From: Bacillota bacterium
GTDB lineage: Bacteria; Bacillota; Sulfobacillia; DUSP01; DYEP01
Length of the DNA: 64,000 bases
Direction of reading: 5' to 3'
Assembly (NCBI GenBank): GCA_040755615.1
Contig: JBFMAL010000008.1
Span: forward strand, 4,693 to 68,692
The notes below the pieces were generated by a model. The model was not told where the DNA came from and made no database searches. It worked only from the letters and a program-made list of their open reading frames with translations. Positions 18,318 through 27,136 of this stretch are shown here, piece by piece. Every line of letters starts with the position of its first letter. The first letter of the stretch is position 1. A program made the translations under genes and the position numbers.

Positions 18318-19085
18318 ATGAAGGTAGGTTTGGCCCTCGGAGGCGGTGCGGCAAGAGGTCTTGCCCACATCGGTGTACTCTCAGTACTTGAACGTTACAG
18401 GGTGCCCATTGACTGCGTGGCCGGCACCAGCGCAGGCGCGATTGTCGGGGCACTTTTTGCATCTGGGGTGCCGCTCTCCAGGATCTTCGAAGAGGCGGTG
18501 AAGACACGCTGGCGCGACCTTGTCCGGCTGGCCATGCACAAAGATGGCTTGATAAAGCCGATCGGACTGGAAAAGCACCTCACTGAGCTCATGTCAGCGT
18601 TGGAATTTGCCGACCTCCGGACCCCGTTCGCCGCAGTTGCTACAGACGTGACGACCGGACAAGAGGTAGTGCTCGACAGCGGCAATGTCGCAAGGGCTGT
18701 TCTGGCTTCCGCCGCGGTACCAGGCATTTTTACACCTGTGCGAATAGAGGACAGGCTCCTTGTGGACGGGGGAGTGGTGAACAACGTACCCGCCAGCGTG
18801 GTGCGGCGTATGGGAGCAGACTTGGTGATCGCGGTGGACGTAAACCACCACGAGCTGACCAGAAAAGAGCCTTCTAATATCTTTCACATCATTGTCAACT
18901 CTATCCACATCATGCAGCGGGCCAACGCACAGAAAGAGCTGGCGTACGCAGATCTCGTGATCCAGCCGGACCTGCAGGGCATGGGCCTTATGGACCTTGA
19001 GCGCTGCCGGGAGTTCGTCGGCAAGGGTGCAGTGGCAACGGCCGCGATGATCCCTGAGATACTCAGACGGCTTGAACGCCTGTGA
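18318..19085 (+). CDS. Patatin-like phospholipase (YlbK / RssA-like)
   Basis: GLALGGGAARGLAHIGV (oxyanion GGGxRG), AGTSAGA (GxSxG nucleophile), and ...VDGG... (Asp of the catalytic dyad). Confidence 0.85.
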   Translation: MKVGLALGGGAARGLAHIGVLSVLERYRVPIDCVAGTSAGAIVGALFASGVPLSRIFEEAVKTRWRDLVRLAMHKDGLIKPIGLEKHLTELMSALEFADLRTPFAAVATDVTTGQEVVLDSGNVARAVLASAAVPGIFTPVRIEDRLLVDGGVVNNVPASVVRRMGADLVIAVDVNHHELTRKEPSNIFHIIVNSIHIMQRANAQKELAYADLVIQPDLQGMGLMDLERCREFVGKGAVATAAMIPEILRRLERL

Positions 19086-19139
19086 ATAACATCGCTGCTT
19101 CAGGAAAACCTAAGGGAAAATGGAACCCGGAGGTTTTCC

Positions 19140-20225
19140 ATGAAACAACTCCTACTGGCGTTCATCCTATTTTTTGTACTCTCAACTTCGGCAAGCGCGT
19201 CAGTGGTTCTCGGACCCGGTTCGCGTGGTGACGGCGTGCGCGAACTTCAGTCCTGGCTAAAGGACTGCGGGTTTTACTCAGGCACGGTCGATGGCATATT
19301 TGGACCGAGGACGCAGCAGGCGGTAAAGGAGTTTCAAAAAAGCGCGGGTGTTGCAGTGGATGGGTTGGTCGGGGAGGAGACCATGCGCGCGCTCAACGAG
19401 CGCTTAAAACGCGACCTGGTTCAAAGAGGAGTTTACGTAGTGAAAAAGGGAGAGACCCTCGCGAGCATTGCAGTGAAACTGGGGATCGACATGGACGCGC
19501 TCGCCCGTGTGAATAACCTAGTAAACCCTAACCGTATTCTCGCCGGTCAAGCATTAATACTGCCTGGTAATGAGCAGACGACCGACGAGCACATCCAACA
19601 AACTCCACCGGAGCCCGCCGCAGAGCCCAAGGTAGCGGGATCAAAGACCATCGGCATGGTCGCACTCACATTTAACGACGGGCCCTATGCTTCCACGACC
19701 GCGCGTATTCTTGACATCCTGAAGGCGCATGGTGTGCCCGCGACCTTTTTTGTAGTGGGAAAGAACCTCCAGGAGCTGCCCCAGATCGGAGAAAGAATTG
19801 TTAAAGAAGGGCATGGCATCGCCAATCACACTTGGTCGCACCGCCCCTGGGAAAGACTCGGTATAAACGAGATAAGGAAGGAAATACGGGAAGGGGCACG
19901 AGCCATTGAGCAAATTACCGGTATTAATACACGACTATTCCGTCCGCCGTTTGACCTGCCGCCACCAGGAATGGTAGAATTCTTGAAATCTGAAGGCGTG
20001 CAGATTGTCTTGTGGTCAAACGTGGCGGTGAGGGATTACCCCGCGCCGCAAAACCCCGATTATTTCGTAACCAAGCTTGTAGAGTCATGTTTAAATGGCT
20101 CTGTAATCATGCTTCATGATGGCCTTGAGTCTACCGTTTCCATGCTGGATGCCATACTTTCGGGACTATCAGAAAAAGGTCTGCGCGTTGTGAGGCTTGA
20201 GACAGTTCTGTCGCTCGCGGATTAG
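19140..20225 (+). CDS. Secreted polysaccharide (peptidoglycan) deacetylase with N-terminal peptidoglycan-binding and LysM domains
   Basis: Signal peptide. PG_binding_1-like GDGVRELQSWLKDCGFYSGTVDGIFGPRTQQAVKEFQ. LysM YVVKKGETLASIAVKLGIDMDALARVNNL. NodB motifs LTFNDGP and HTWSH. Confidence 0.85.
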   Translation: MKQLLLAFILFFVLSTSASASVVLGPGSRGDGVRELQSWLKDCGFYSGTVDGIFGPRTQQAVKEFQKSAGVAVDGLVGEETMRALNERLKRDLVQRGVYVVKKGETLASIAVKLGIDMDALARVNNLVNPNRILAGQALILPGNEQTTDEHIQQTPPEPAAEPKVAGSKTIGMVALTFNDGPYASTTARILDILKAHGVPATFFVVGKNLQELPQIGERIVKEGHGIANHTWSHRPWERLGINEIRKEIREGARAIEQITGINTRLFRPPFDLPPPGMVEFLKSEGVQIVLWSNVAVRDYPAPQNPDYFVTKLVESCLNGSVIMLHDGLESTVSMLDAILSGLSEKGLRVVRLETVLSLAD

Positions 20226-20267
20226 CCCCGAAGGATTTGACGCCGCCAACATGATCTTATGTATACG

Positions 20268-20295
20268 ATGAGCCGTGCTGTAGTACGGCTCATCA
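20268..20295. terminator. Bidirectional hairpin terminator between the convergent deacetylase and SASP genes
   Basis: Perfect 10-bp stem GATGAGCCGT / ACGGCTCATC with an 8-nt loop. A U-rich tract follows on the + strand (ATCTGGGTTT). Confidence 0.55.
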
Positions 20296-20310
20296 TCTGG
20301 GTTTAGTATA

Positions 20311-20547
20311 CTACTGAATAGGGTTGGCGTTCGCGAGAGCCCTCTCCGCATAGCGGATCATGACCTTTACCATGTTACCGCCAATGCGTCCCCCGATACG
20401 TCCACATTCCCTCGAAGTCATATCAGGCCAGCCTAAAGTCTCTATTTTCTGTCTCAACCCGAGTTCATCGGCAATTTCATATTTGAAAGAATCCAATACT
20501 TGCCTTGGCAACAGCTTTTTTGTTGGACTGAATTGAGCCATGAGCAA
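20311..20547 (-). CDS. ssp: Alpha/beta-type small acid-soluble spore protein
   Basis: 78 aa. KYEIADELGL... and ...GGRIGGNMVKVMIRYAERAL match the two conserved alpha/beta-SASP boxes. RBS GGAGGTGA. Confidence 0.85.
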   Translation of the reverse strand: MLMAQFSPTKKLLPRQVLDSFKYEIADELGLRQKIETLGWPDMTSRECGRIGGRIGGNMVKVMIRYAERALANANPIQ

Positions 20548-20735
20548 GTCACCTCCTCGAGTATATTGTAGCTTTTGGCGCGTTTGTGTATGTTAGTAGT
20601 ATTTGAATGTACTGGTCGTGTAAATTAAAGGCGTAATTCCAAGCTTTAAAACCTCAAAGTAGTTGTGCTAAAATGAATGCTGGCAGCCAGAGATTTGATA
20701 ATGCCGCCAGCAAAGATTTGCCGGGAGGCGTAATT

Positions 20736-20930
20736 ATGCCAATTTATGAGTTTCGTTGCACAAATTGTCACGAGAAATTTGAATTGCTGTGTAAACACGG
20801 TGAACAGATTGTGTGTCCAAATTGTGATAGCCGGGAAGTCGTGAAGATGTTCTCCACGTTTTCCTCTCCCTCCGTGCGCACCTCCTCATGCAGCAGCTGT
20901 AAGTCGAGTTCGTGCTCAGACTGTAAGTAA
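20736..20930 (+). CDS. FmdB-family zinc-ribbon protein with Ser/Cys-rich C-terminal tail
   Basis: MPIYEFRCTNCHEKFELLCKHGEQIVCPNCDS (CxxC...CxxC) followed by SSCSSCKSSSCSDCK. RBS GGGAGG. The upstream extension to 20673 is rejected. Confidence 0.75.
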   Translation: MPIYEFRCTNCHEKFELLCKHGEQIVCPNCDSREVVKMFSTFSSPSVRTSSCSSCKSSSCSDCK

Positions 20931-21026
20931 CTCCCACAGGGCACCGCCCTAGCAGACGTGCAGGTACTTGCGGGTTTCTGTAGAAAAGGGTAATGGGTAC
21001 AAAAAGGGTGAAGTGAGGGATTACTA

Positions 21027-21341
21027 GTGAGGATCGAGCGACACCCTATTCTGACCTTCAGCAAGGGCCCCAAGGTTCAATTCTACTTCGAAGGTGAGCC
21101 ACTGGAAGGATACGAAGGAGAACCCATCGCAGCTGCGCTCCACGCTGCAGGAATCAGATGTCTTCGTCATAGCCCGGTCAGGAACAGGCCTCGGGGCTTC
21201 TTTTGTGCTATTGGCAATTGTTCCTCCTGTCTCATGGTGGTTGACGGGATCCCCAACGTCAGGGTATGCGTTGAGAAGCTCCGCCCGGGCATGGACGTGC
21301 GGCGCCAGAAGGGGAAAGGTGATCTGCATGTTTCGGACTGA
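21027..21341 (+). CDS. [2Fe-2S]-binding small subunit (HcnA / sarcosine-oxidase-alpha N-terminal-like) of a multi-subunit FAD dehydrogenase
   Basis: 104 aa. ...PRGFFCAIGNCSSCLMVVDGIPNVRVC... is typical of HcnA / OoxB-N 2Fe-2S domains. GTG start. The 3' end overlaps the next gene by 14 nt. Confidence 0.8.
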   Translation: MRIERHPILTFSKGPKVQFYFEGEPLEGYEGEPIAAALHAAGIRCLRHSPVRNRPRGFFCAIGNCSSCLMVVDGIPNVRVCVEKLRPGMDVRRQKGKGDLHVSD

Positions 21342-22419
21342 ACTGGCCGTGGTCGGAGCAGGTCCGGCAGGCCTTTCAGCAGCGCTCGCCGCTGCCGAGT
21401 GCGGCGTCGCGACGCTGATTGTAGACAACGGCAGCACCCCCGGCGGCCAACTTGTAAAGCAGACGCACAAGTTTTTCGGGTCAAAGGCCGAGCACGCAGG
21501 CACCAGGGGGATAGATATCGCACGCCAGCTTGCCGATGAACTGCAAAGAAGCCCGGAAGTGGAGTACTGGCGTGAAAGTACGGCGCTCGGCTACTACGAG
21601 GACAGAGTATTGCTGGTTGAACTCGAAGGCCGCGCGCTCCCGGTGCGCTGCGACGCGTTGGTGGTCGCCACAGGCGCAGCGGAACGTCATGTGGTATTTC
21701 CTGGCAATGATTTGCCTGGCATCTACGGGGCCGGAGCGGTGCAAACGCTCATGAACGTCCACGGCGTAAAGCCCGGCGAGCGCGTGCTTATGGTGGGCGC
21801 CGGGAACATCGGTCTCATCGTGTCGTACCAGCTGTTACAGGCCGGCGTTCAAGTGGCGGCCGTGGTGGAGGCGGCCCGGTCCATTGGCGGCTACGCGGTC
21901 CACGCATCCAAACTTCGCCGCCTGTCTGTCCCCATTCTCACATCTCACACCGTAAAAGAAGCGCACGGGCATGAGCAGCTCGAACGCGCGACTGTATGGC
22001 GGGTTGACGAGACGTTTACCGGTGTGCCGGGGACTGAAATCGAGTTCGACGTTGACGTGATCTGCCTTGCGGTGGGGCTCTCACCGGTTACAGACCTGCT
22101 GTGGCAGATTGGGTGCAAGATGAAATATGTCCCGGAACTCGGCGGACACGTACCGCTCAGAAATGAGAACATGCAGACGACTCGGAGCGAGGTGTTCGTA
22201 GCGGGAGATGCATCAGGCGTGGAGGAGGGCTCCTCCGCAATGGTAACGGGCAGGCTGGCAGGCTATGCAGCAGCCGCTCACCTCGGCAAATGCCCCGACT
22301 TTGAAAGCAGAAAGAGAGAGTGCCAGCGCGCGCTGGATGCGCTCAGGGCAGGTCCTTCCGGACAGAAGGTGCGTACCGGACTCTCGACCGTCGTCTGGAG
22401 GGAGGCAGTCACGTGTTGA
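21328..22419 (+). CDS. FAD/NAD(P)-binding oxidoreductase subunit (HcnB / proline-dehydrogenase-complex alpha-like)
   Basis: 363 aa. Two Rossmann GxGxxG motifs (AVVGAGPAGLSAA and LMVGAGNIGL) plus ...FVAGDASG.... Pyridine-nucleotide-disulfide oxidoreductase fold. Confidence 0.85.
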   Translation: MFRTELAVVGAGPAGLSAALAAAECGVATLIVDNGSTPGGQLVKQTHKFFGSKAEHAGTRGIDIARQLADELQRSPEVEYWRESTALGYYEDRVLLVELEGRALPVRCDALVVATGAAERHVVFPGNDLPGIYGAGAVQTLMNVHGVKPGERVLMVGAGNIGLIVSYQLLQAGVQVAAVVEAARSIGGYAVHASKLRRLSVPILTSHTVKEAHGHEQLERATVWRVDETFTGVPGTEIEFDVDVICLAVGLSPVTDLLWQIGCKMKYVPELGGHVPLRNENMQTTRSEVFVAGDASGVEEGSSAMVTGRLAGYAAAAHLGKCPDFESRKRECQRALDALRAGPSGQKVRTGLSTVVWREAVTC

Positions 22420-22907
22420 AGAGTACAGGTATCCCCGAGAGAGAGCAGCTGGACGCGGTGACTCCCCCCGCGTCCCGCAGGAGCAAAGGACCTGTGGCGG
22501 TGTTTGAATGCTTCGAACGTATACCCTGCGATCCGTGCTATCACGCATGCAAGCATGGGGCGGTCAAGGAGTTTTCAGACATCTGTGATGTGCCGGAAGT
22601 GGACTTTGAGCGCTGCACCGGGTGCGGGCTGTGCGTGGTGGCATGCCCTGGCCTTGCCATATTCATCCTGGACGAAACCCCTTCCGATCACGCTGTGGTC
22701 GGGATACCTTACGAAATGCTCCCCGTGCCGGAACCAGGACAGGAGGTCACGCTGCTTGACCGCGAAGGCCGTGACCTGGGAAAGGGACAGGTGAAGCAGG
22801 TAAGCCGGCCGGGCGTGGGAAGCGGAACGCTGCTGGTGAGGCTTAAGATACCGAAGGAGACGGTAGGAGACGTGAGGAGTTTTAGGCTGGAGCGGGGTAT
22901 GTCATGA
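22413..22907 (+). CDS. Ferredoxin-like Fe-S subunit (4Fe-4S CxxCxxCxxxCP)
   Basis: About 164 aa. CDPCYHACKHGAV and CTGCGLCVVACPGLAI. GTG at 22413 after GGAGGGAGG. It overlaps the upstream stop. Confidence 0.7.
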   Translation: MLKSTGIPEREQLDAVTPPASRRSKGPVAVFECFERIPCDPCYHACKHGAVKEFSDICDVPEVDFERCTGCGLCVVACPGLAIFILDETPSDHAVVGIPYEMLPVPEPGQEVTLLDREGRDLGKGQVKQVSRPGVGSGTLLVRLKIPKETVGDVRSFRLERGMS

Positions 22908-23179
22908 GCAATGATGCGATCATTTGCAGGTGCGAGGACATTCTGCTCTCGGACATAAGGCGGCTTCTGGACGCAGGGCTCACTACGTTGGACGAGATCA
23001 AGAAGTTCTCAAGGTGCGGTATGGGACCCTGCCAGGGCAGGACATGCAGGTCGCTGTTGCTTGGGGAGATCGCGAGGTACCGGGGGATTCGCGTTCACGA
23101 CCTTGAGCCAGGGCGCTTTAGACCACCGGCGAAGTCCGTTCCAATCAGCGCTTTCCTCGAAGGCGGGGAGGAGCCGTGA
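22904..23179 (+). CDS. BFD-like [2Fe-2S]-binding small subunit
   Basis: 91 aa. ICRCEDILLSDIRRLLDAGLTTLDEIKKFSRCGMGPCQGRTC is the BFD-like [2Fe-2S] domain signature (CxC...CxxxxC). ATGA overlaps on both sides. Confidence 0.75.
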   Translation: MSNDAIICRCEDILLSDIRRLLDAGLTTLDEIKKFSRCGMGPCQGRTCRSLLLGEIARYRGIRVHDLEPGRFRPPAKSVPISAFLEGGEEP

Positions 23180-24321
23180 CGCGCGCAGATATAGTAATAG
23201 TTGGCGGCGGGATAGTGGGGTGCTCCATCGCGTATCACCTGGCGCAACGTGGCATGCGCCGCGTCGTGGTGCTTGAGCGCTCACACATTGCTTCAGGGGC
23301 TACCGGACGTTGCGGCGCCGGTGTACGGATGCAGTGGGGCACAAAGCCCAACTGCCTCGTGATGAAAGAAAGCATACGCATGCTTGAATGCTTGGAGCAG
23401 GAACTCTGCTATCCTCATGGAATAGCTTTCAAGCAAAAGGGATACCTGTTTTTGGCCCACTCCGAAGCCCAGCTGGTGCAGTTTCAGAAAAACGTCCAGC
23501 TTCAAAACAGCCTTGGCATTCCGTCAGAGATCGTGGGCCCGAGGGAGATGAAACGCATCGCCCCGCTTCTTGATACCACAGGGATCGTGGGGGGCAGCTA
23601 CTGTTCAAAAGATGGACATTGCGACCCGTTCCACACCACCCGCGCCTACGCACTAGCTGCGATGAGGCTCGGGGTGACGATACTTCAGCACACCGAACTG
23701 CAGTCGGTCACGAAGAGACCCGAGGGCACGTTCAGGTTGAGCACAAGCGCAGGAGAGATGGAAGCGCCTGTGCTGGTCAACGCTGCCGGGGCTTGGTCAG
23801 GCCATGTAGGAAGGATGCTCGGTGTCGAGCTACCGGTGTACTCGGAGCGTCACCAGATACTCGTGACCGAGCAAGTCGAGCGGGTACTGGACCCGATGAT
23901 CATCTCGCTTCACGAAGGGCTGTACTGCCAGCAGACCCCGGATGGCAGTTTTATAATGGGGCTCGGCGATCCAAACGAGCCCAAGGGCATTGATCACGGG
24001 CACACGTGGCAGTTTCTCTTCGCAATATCAAGAAAGATCGCCCGGCTCTTGCCAGGCATCGCTGGAGTACGCATACTCAGGCAGTGGTCCGGTCTATACA
24101 ACATGTCTCCCGATCGCCAAGCGATTCTTGGAGCCGTGGACGATGTCCCCGGGTTCTACGTGGCTTGCGGGTTCAGCGGGCACGGCTTCATGATGGCTCC
24201 GGCCATATCCGAATCGATGGCAGATATCATTCTCGGGGGCACGCCGAGGGTGCCGATAGACGTGTACGGTCTTGACCGGTTCAAGAATGGAAATCTGTTT
24301 TATGAACCGTCGGTGGTCTAA
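23176..24321 (+). CDS. FAD-dependent amine/amino-acid dehydrogenase subunit (DAO family; HcnC / SoxB / proline-dehydrogenase-complex beta-like)
   Basis: 381 aa. N-terminal DIVIVGGGIVGCSIAYHLAQRG dinucleotide fold; GxGxxG...GATGR...; C-terminal ...GFSGHGFMMAPA... typical of DAO-family flavoproteins. Confidence 0.85.
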   Translation: MTRADIVIVGGGIVGCSIAYHLAQRGMRRVVVLERSHIASGATGRCGAGVRMQWGTKPNCLVMKESIRMLECLEQELCYPHGIAFKQKGYLFLAHSEAQLVQFQKNVQLQNSLGIPSEIVGPREMKRIAPLLDTTGIVGGSYCSKDGHCDPFHTTRAYALAAMRLGVTILQHTELQSVTKRPEGTFRLSTSAGEMEAPVLVNAAGAWSGHVGRMLGVELPVYSERHQILVTEQVERVLDPMIISLHEGLYCQQTPDGSFIMGLGDPNEPKGIDHGHTWQFLFAISRKIARLLPGIAGVRILRQWSGLYNMSPDRQAILGAVDDVPGFYVACGFSGHGFMMAPAISESMADIILGGTPRVPIDVYGLDRFKNGNLFYEPSVV

Positions 24322-24332
24322 TAATCACGGAG

Positions 24333-24758
24333 GTGAAGACGTTGAGACTTTCAAAAAGGGACGAACTCTGTTCGGGCTGCAGGAGCTGCATCTTGGTCTG
24401 CTCAATGGAGAACTTCCTGAAGGCAGACCCCACGCTCGCTGCACTCCGGATAAAGGGGCATTTTCCCGTTCCCGGGAAATATGAGGTGGTGCTTTGCGAC
24501 CAATGCGGGGAGTGCGAAAAAGCCTGCCCCACCGGAGCCATTTATGCCGACGGCGAAGCGTATCGCGTCAAGCCCGAAGAGTGCATTGCGTGCATGGCGT
24601 GCATCGAGGCCTGCCCGAAAGGCGCCATCTGGTTTAACCAGGCGCTGGGCGCTCCGGTAAAATGCGTGCTGTGCGGCGAGTGCGTGCGCTATTGCCCGCG
24701 ACAGGCCATCGTGGACGAGACCGGAGAAGTCAAGTGGGGAGGTGAACAGGCATGCTAG
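24333..24758 (+). CDS. Polyferredoxin (three to four 4Fe-4S clusters), partner of the downstream AOR
   Basis: CSGCRSCILVC, CDQCGECEKACP, CIACMACIEACP and CVLCGECVRYCP. Start is GTG at 24333 or TTG at 24342 (after GGAGGTG). Confidence 0.8.
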   Translation: MKTLRLSKRDELCSGCRSCILVCSMENFLKADPTLAALRIKGHFPVPGKYEVVLCDQCGECEKACPTGAIYADGEAYRVKPEECIACMACIEACPKGAIWFNQALGAPVKCVLCGECVRYCPRQAIVDETGEVKWGGEQAC

Positions 24759-26584
24759 GAGGGTACATGGGCAAGGGGCTACGCGTGAACCTTACATCGC
24801 GAAAGAGCTCCACGTTTGATATCCCCGAGGACTGGGCAAGGCGGTTCCTCGGCGGCCGCGGTTTCGCAGCTAAGATCCTTTATGACCAGCTGGATGCAGG
24901 CACCGACCCGCTCTCACCTGAGAACAAACTGGTAGTGGCCACAGGACCGCTCTCGGGGCTCTTCCTCCCGGGGAGCGGTAAGCTGACGTTTGCCTGCAAG
25001 TCTCCCGCAACAGGCGGGTACGCCGATGCCAACGTAGGCGGACATCTGGGGCCTGAGATCAAGTATGCCGGGTATGACGTGATCGTAGTTGAAGGAAAGG
25101 CGGCCGCTCCCTCGGTGCTGGTCATCGAGGACGACCGCGTGTCCATACGCGACGGCTCCCGCTACTGGGGGCTCGGTGCCATCGAAACAGAAAAGGCGTT
25201 GAAAGATGACCTCGGCGAGGCGTTCCAGTGCGCAGTCATAGGCCCCGCCGGCGAAAACCTTGTGAAGTATGCGTGCATATCGCATGACTTCGGCAGGCAA
25301 GCCGGCCGCTGCGGTGTGGGCGCGGTAATGGGCAGCAAGAACCTGAAAGCTATCGCAGTTTCTGGCACGCGGGCCATCCCGCTGGCCAAGCCGAAAGAAG
25401 CGCTGGAGAAGGGCAAACAGATGTACCTGTCGTGCTTCTCCAAGCCCGGGTTTTACGAGTGGACTCCCTACGGCACCGCGGGGGTGACCGACTGGGTGAA
25501 CGAGGTGGGCAGTTTCCCCACCAAGAACTTTTACACCGGCTACTTCGAGCACCACAAGCAAATCAACGGCCAGGCACTCAAAGAGCGGATCCTGGTCACC
25601 GATAAGGGTTGCTTTGGCTGTCCAATACCTTGCGGCAAGTACTCCCGCACGCGGTGGCAGGGCAAAGAGGTCATGGTCGAGGGTCCGGAGTACGAGACCA
25701 TCGCGATGCTGGGCGGTAACTGCTGCCTTAAGACTATTGAGGATGTGGCGTACGCCAACTACGCATGTGACGAGCTGGGCCTTGACACCATCTCTGCGGG
25801 CAATGTACTGGCCTTCGCCATGGAGTGTTATGAGAAAGGATTGCTCACCAGGGAAGAGGTGGGCCGAGAGATCAGATTCGGAGACCTTGAAAGCGTGGTA
25901 TTTCTGCTGTCGGAGATCGCAGCTCGCCGCGGCGTAGGCGCACTGCTTGCAGAAGGCGTGAAGGTCGCTGCCGAACGCATCGGACAGGGGTCTGAGCGAT
26001 TTGCTATCCATGTGAAGGGACTTGAAGTCTCAGGTTACGAGCCGAGGTACGCGCCTGCTATGCTGCTTGCGTACATGACCGCTGATGTAGGTGCCCACCA
26101 CAACAGGGCGTGGGCGATCACCTACGACGTAGCGGTGGGTAGAGACTCGCTTGAGGGAAAGGCGGAGAAGGTTATAGAGCTTCAGCACATAAGGCCGCTG
26201 TTTGACGCGCTCGGGCTCTGCCGCCTGCAGTGGGTGGAAATAGGATTCGAGCTGCATCACTACGGTGAGATCTTCCCGCTGGTCACGGGCATAGACTACG
26301 GTTGGGAAGACCTGATCCGTGCTTCCGAACGCATATGGAACCTGACGCGCCTGTTTAATATCAAGCATATCGCAGGTTTCGGTCGGAAGTATGACAGCGC
26401 TCCTCCGCGGTTCCTCGAGGAGCCTATGCCCTCAGGGCCAGTAGAAGGTAAACTCACTGGCGCAAAGAGCGCCGAACAGCTGCTGGACCGCTACTACCAG
26501 CTCAGGGGATGGAGCCCGGACGGCATACCTACGAAGCAAACGCTGGCTGAGCTAGACCTTATTGAGGAAGGCGCAGCATATTAA
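24752..26584 (+). CDS. aor: Tungsten-type aldehyde:ferredoxin oxidoreductase (AOR family)
   Basis: About 605 aa. AOR N-terminal ...GKGLRVNLT.... 4Fe-4S ligation motif DKGCFGCPIPCGK. Overall similarity to the AOR/FOR/GAPOR family. ATG at 24767 (after GGAGGG) is an alternative start. Confidence 0.9.
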   Translation: MLGGYMGKGLRVNLTSRKSSTFDIPEDWARRFLGGRGFAAKILYDQLDAGTDPLSPENKLVVATGPLSGLFLPGSGKLTFACKSPATGGYADANVGGHLGPEIKYAGYDVIVVEGKAAAPSVLVIEDDRVSIRDGSRYWGLGAIETEKALKDDLGEAFQCAVIGPAGENLVKYACISHDFGRQAGRCGVGAVMGSKNLKAIAVSGTRAIPLAKPKEALEKGKQMYLSCFSKPGFYEWTPYGTAGVTDWVNEVGSFPTKNFYTGYFEHHKQINGQALKERILVTDKGCFGCPIPCGKYSRTRWQGKEVMVEGPEYETIAMLGGNCCLKTIEDVAYANYACDELGLDTISAGNVLAFAMECYEKGLLTREEVGREIRFGDLESVVFLLSEIAARRGVGALLAEGVKVAAERIGQGSERFAIHVKGLEVSGYEPRYAPAMLLAYMTADVGAHHNRAWAITYDVAVGRDSLEGKAEKVIELQHIRPLFDALGLCRLQWVEIGFELHHYGEIFPLVTGIDYGWEDLIRASERIWNLTRLFNIKHIAGFGRKYDSAPPRFLEEPMPSGPVEGKLTGAKSAEQLLDRYYQLRGWSPDGIPTKQTLAELDLIEEGAAY

Positions 26585-26649
26585 CCGACTGGAGGGCCGG
26601 GGCCCCCAGAGGGTCCCGGCACGGCCCGCACAGGCCATGAGGTGAGATA

Positions 26650-26883
26650 ATGGACTACGTAAGCTTTACCATACACGGACACGCGCGGGAATACTTCCCG
26701 TCCAAAGAGCGATTCAGGCACAAGGTGACCGGTGAGACTACTGTGAGAAAGGTGCTTGAACATCTTGGTGTGAACCCGCTTCTCGTCATGTACGTCGTGA
26801 AAAACGGAAAGCGGGTCTCGCTTGACGATCCCATCACCGGAGGAGACGAAGTGGTGCTCATCACTCCGGCAGCAGGTGGTTGA
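26650..26883 (+). CDS. MoaD/ThiS-family ubiquitin-like sulfur-carrier protein (C-terminal Gly-Gly)
   Basis: 77 aa ending ...VVLITPAAGG. Small beta-grasp-sized ORF immediately after the AOR. RBS GAGGTGAGA. Confidence 0.75.
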   Translation: MDYVSFTIHGHAREYFPSKERFRHKVTGETTVRKVLEHLGVNPLLVMYVVKNGKRVSLDDPITGGDEVVLITPAAGG

Positions 26884-27136
26884 AGTCCGTGCGAGTATGT
26901 GACTGGCGGTAAAGAGGGTACATGGCATATCGCCCCTTCTTACGACCACAGACCCTTCACTCCTTGCGGGCTTGGTATCGCCGCTTTCGCCGTGAGTAAG
27001 GTGGCGACCGGACCGCTTTCACTTCACCCAGCCGGCAGTTGCTTCACGGAGAGGGTGTTCCACCGTCTGGATGTTCTCTCACTTGCGGCGTGAGCAAGAG
27101 GTCCGCAACTTGATTCAGGCAAGGAGACGATGCAAT

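Noticed and set aside
20548-20672. Specific sigma-G promoter for the SASP gene
   Set aside because: Candidate CATACAC / TACAAT elements are present, but I could not align a convincing -35 GNATR at 17-18 nt spacing. The promoter call is left unspecified.
24914-26011. 365-aa minus-strand ORF inside the AOR gene
   Set aside because: Antisense to a very well supported AOR coding region. Typical high-GC antisense open frame.
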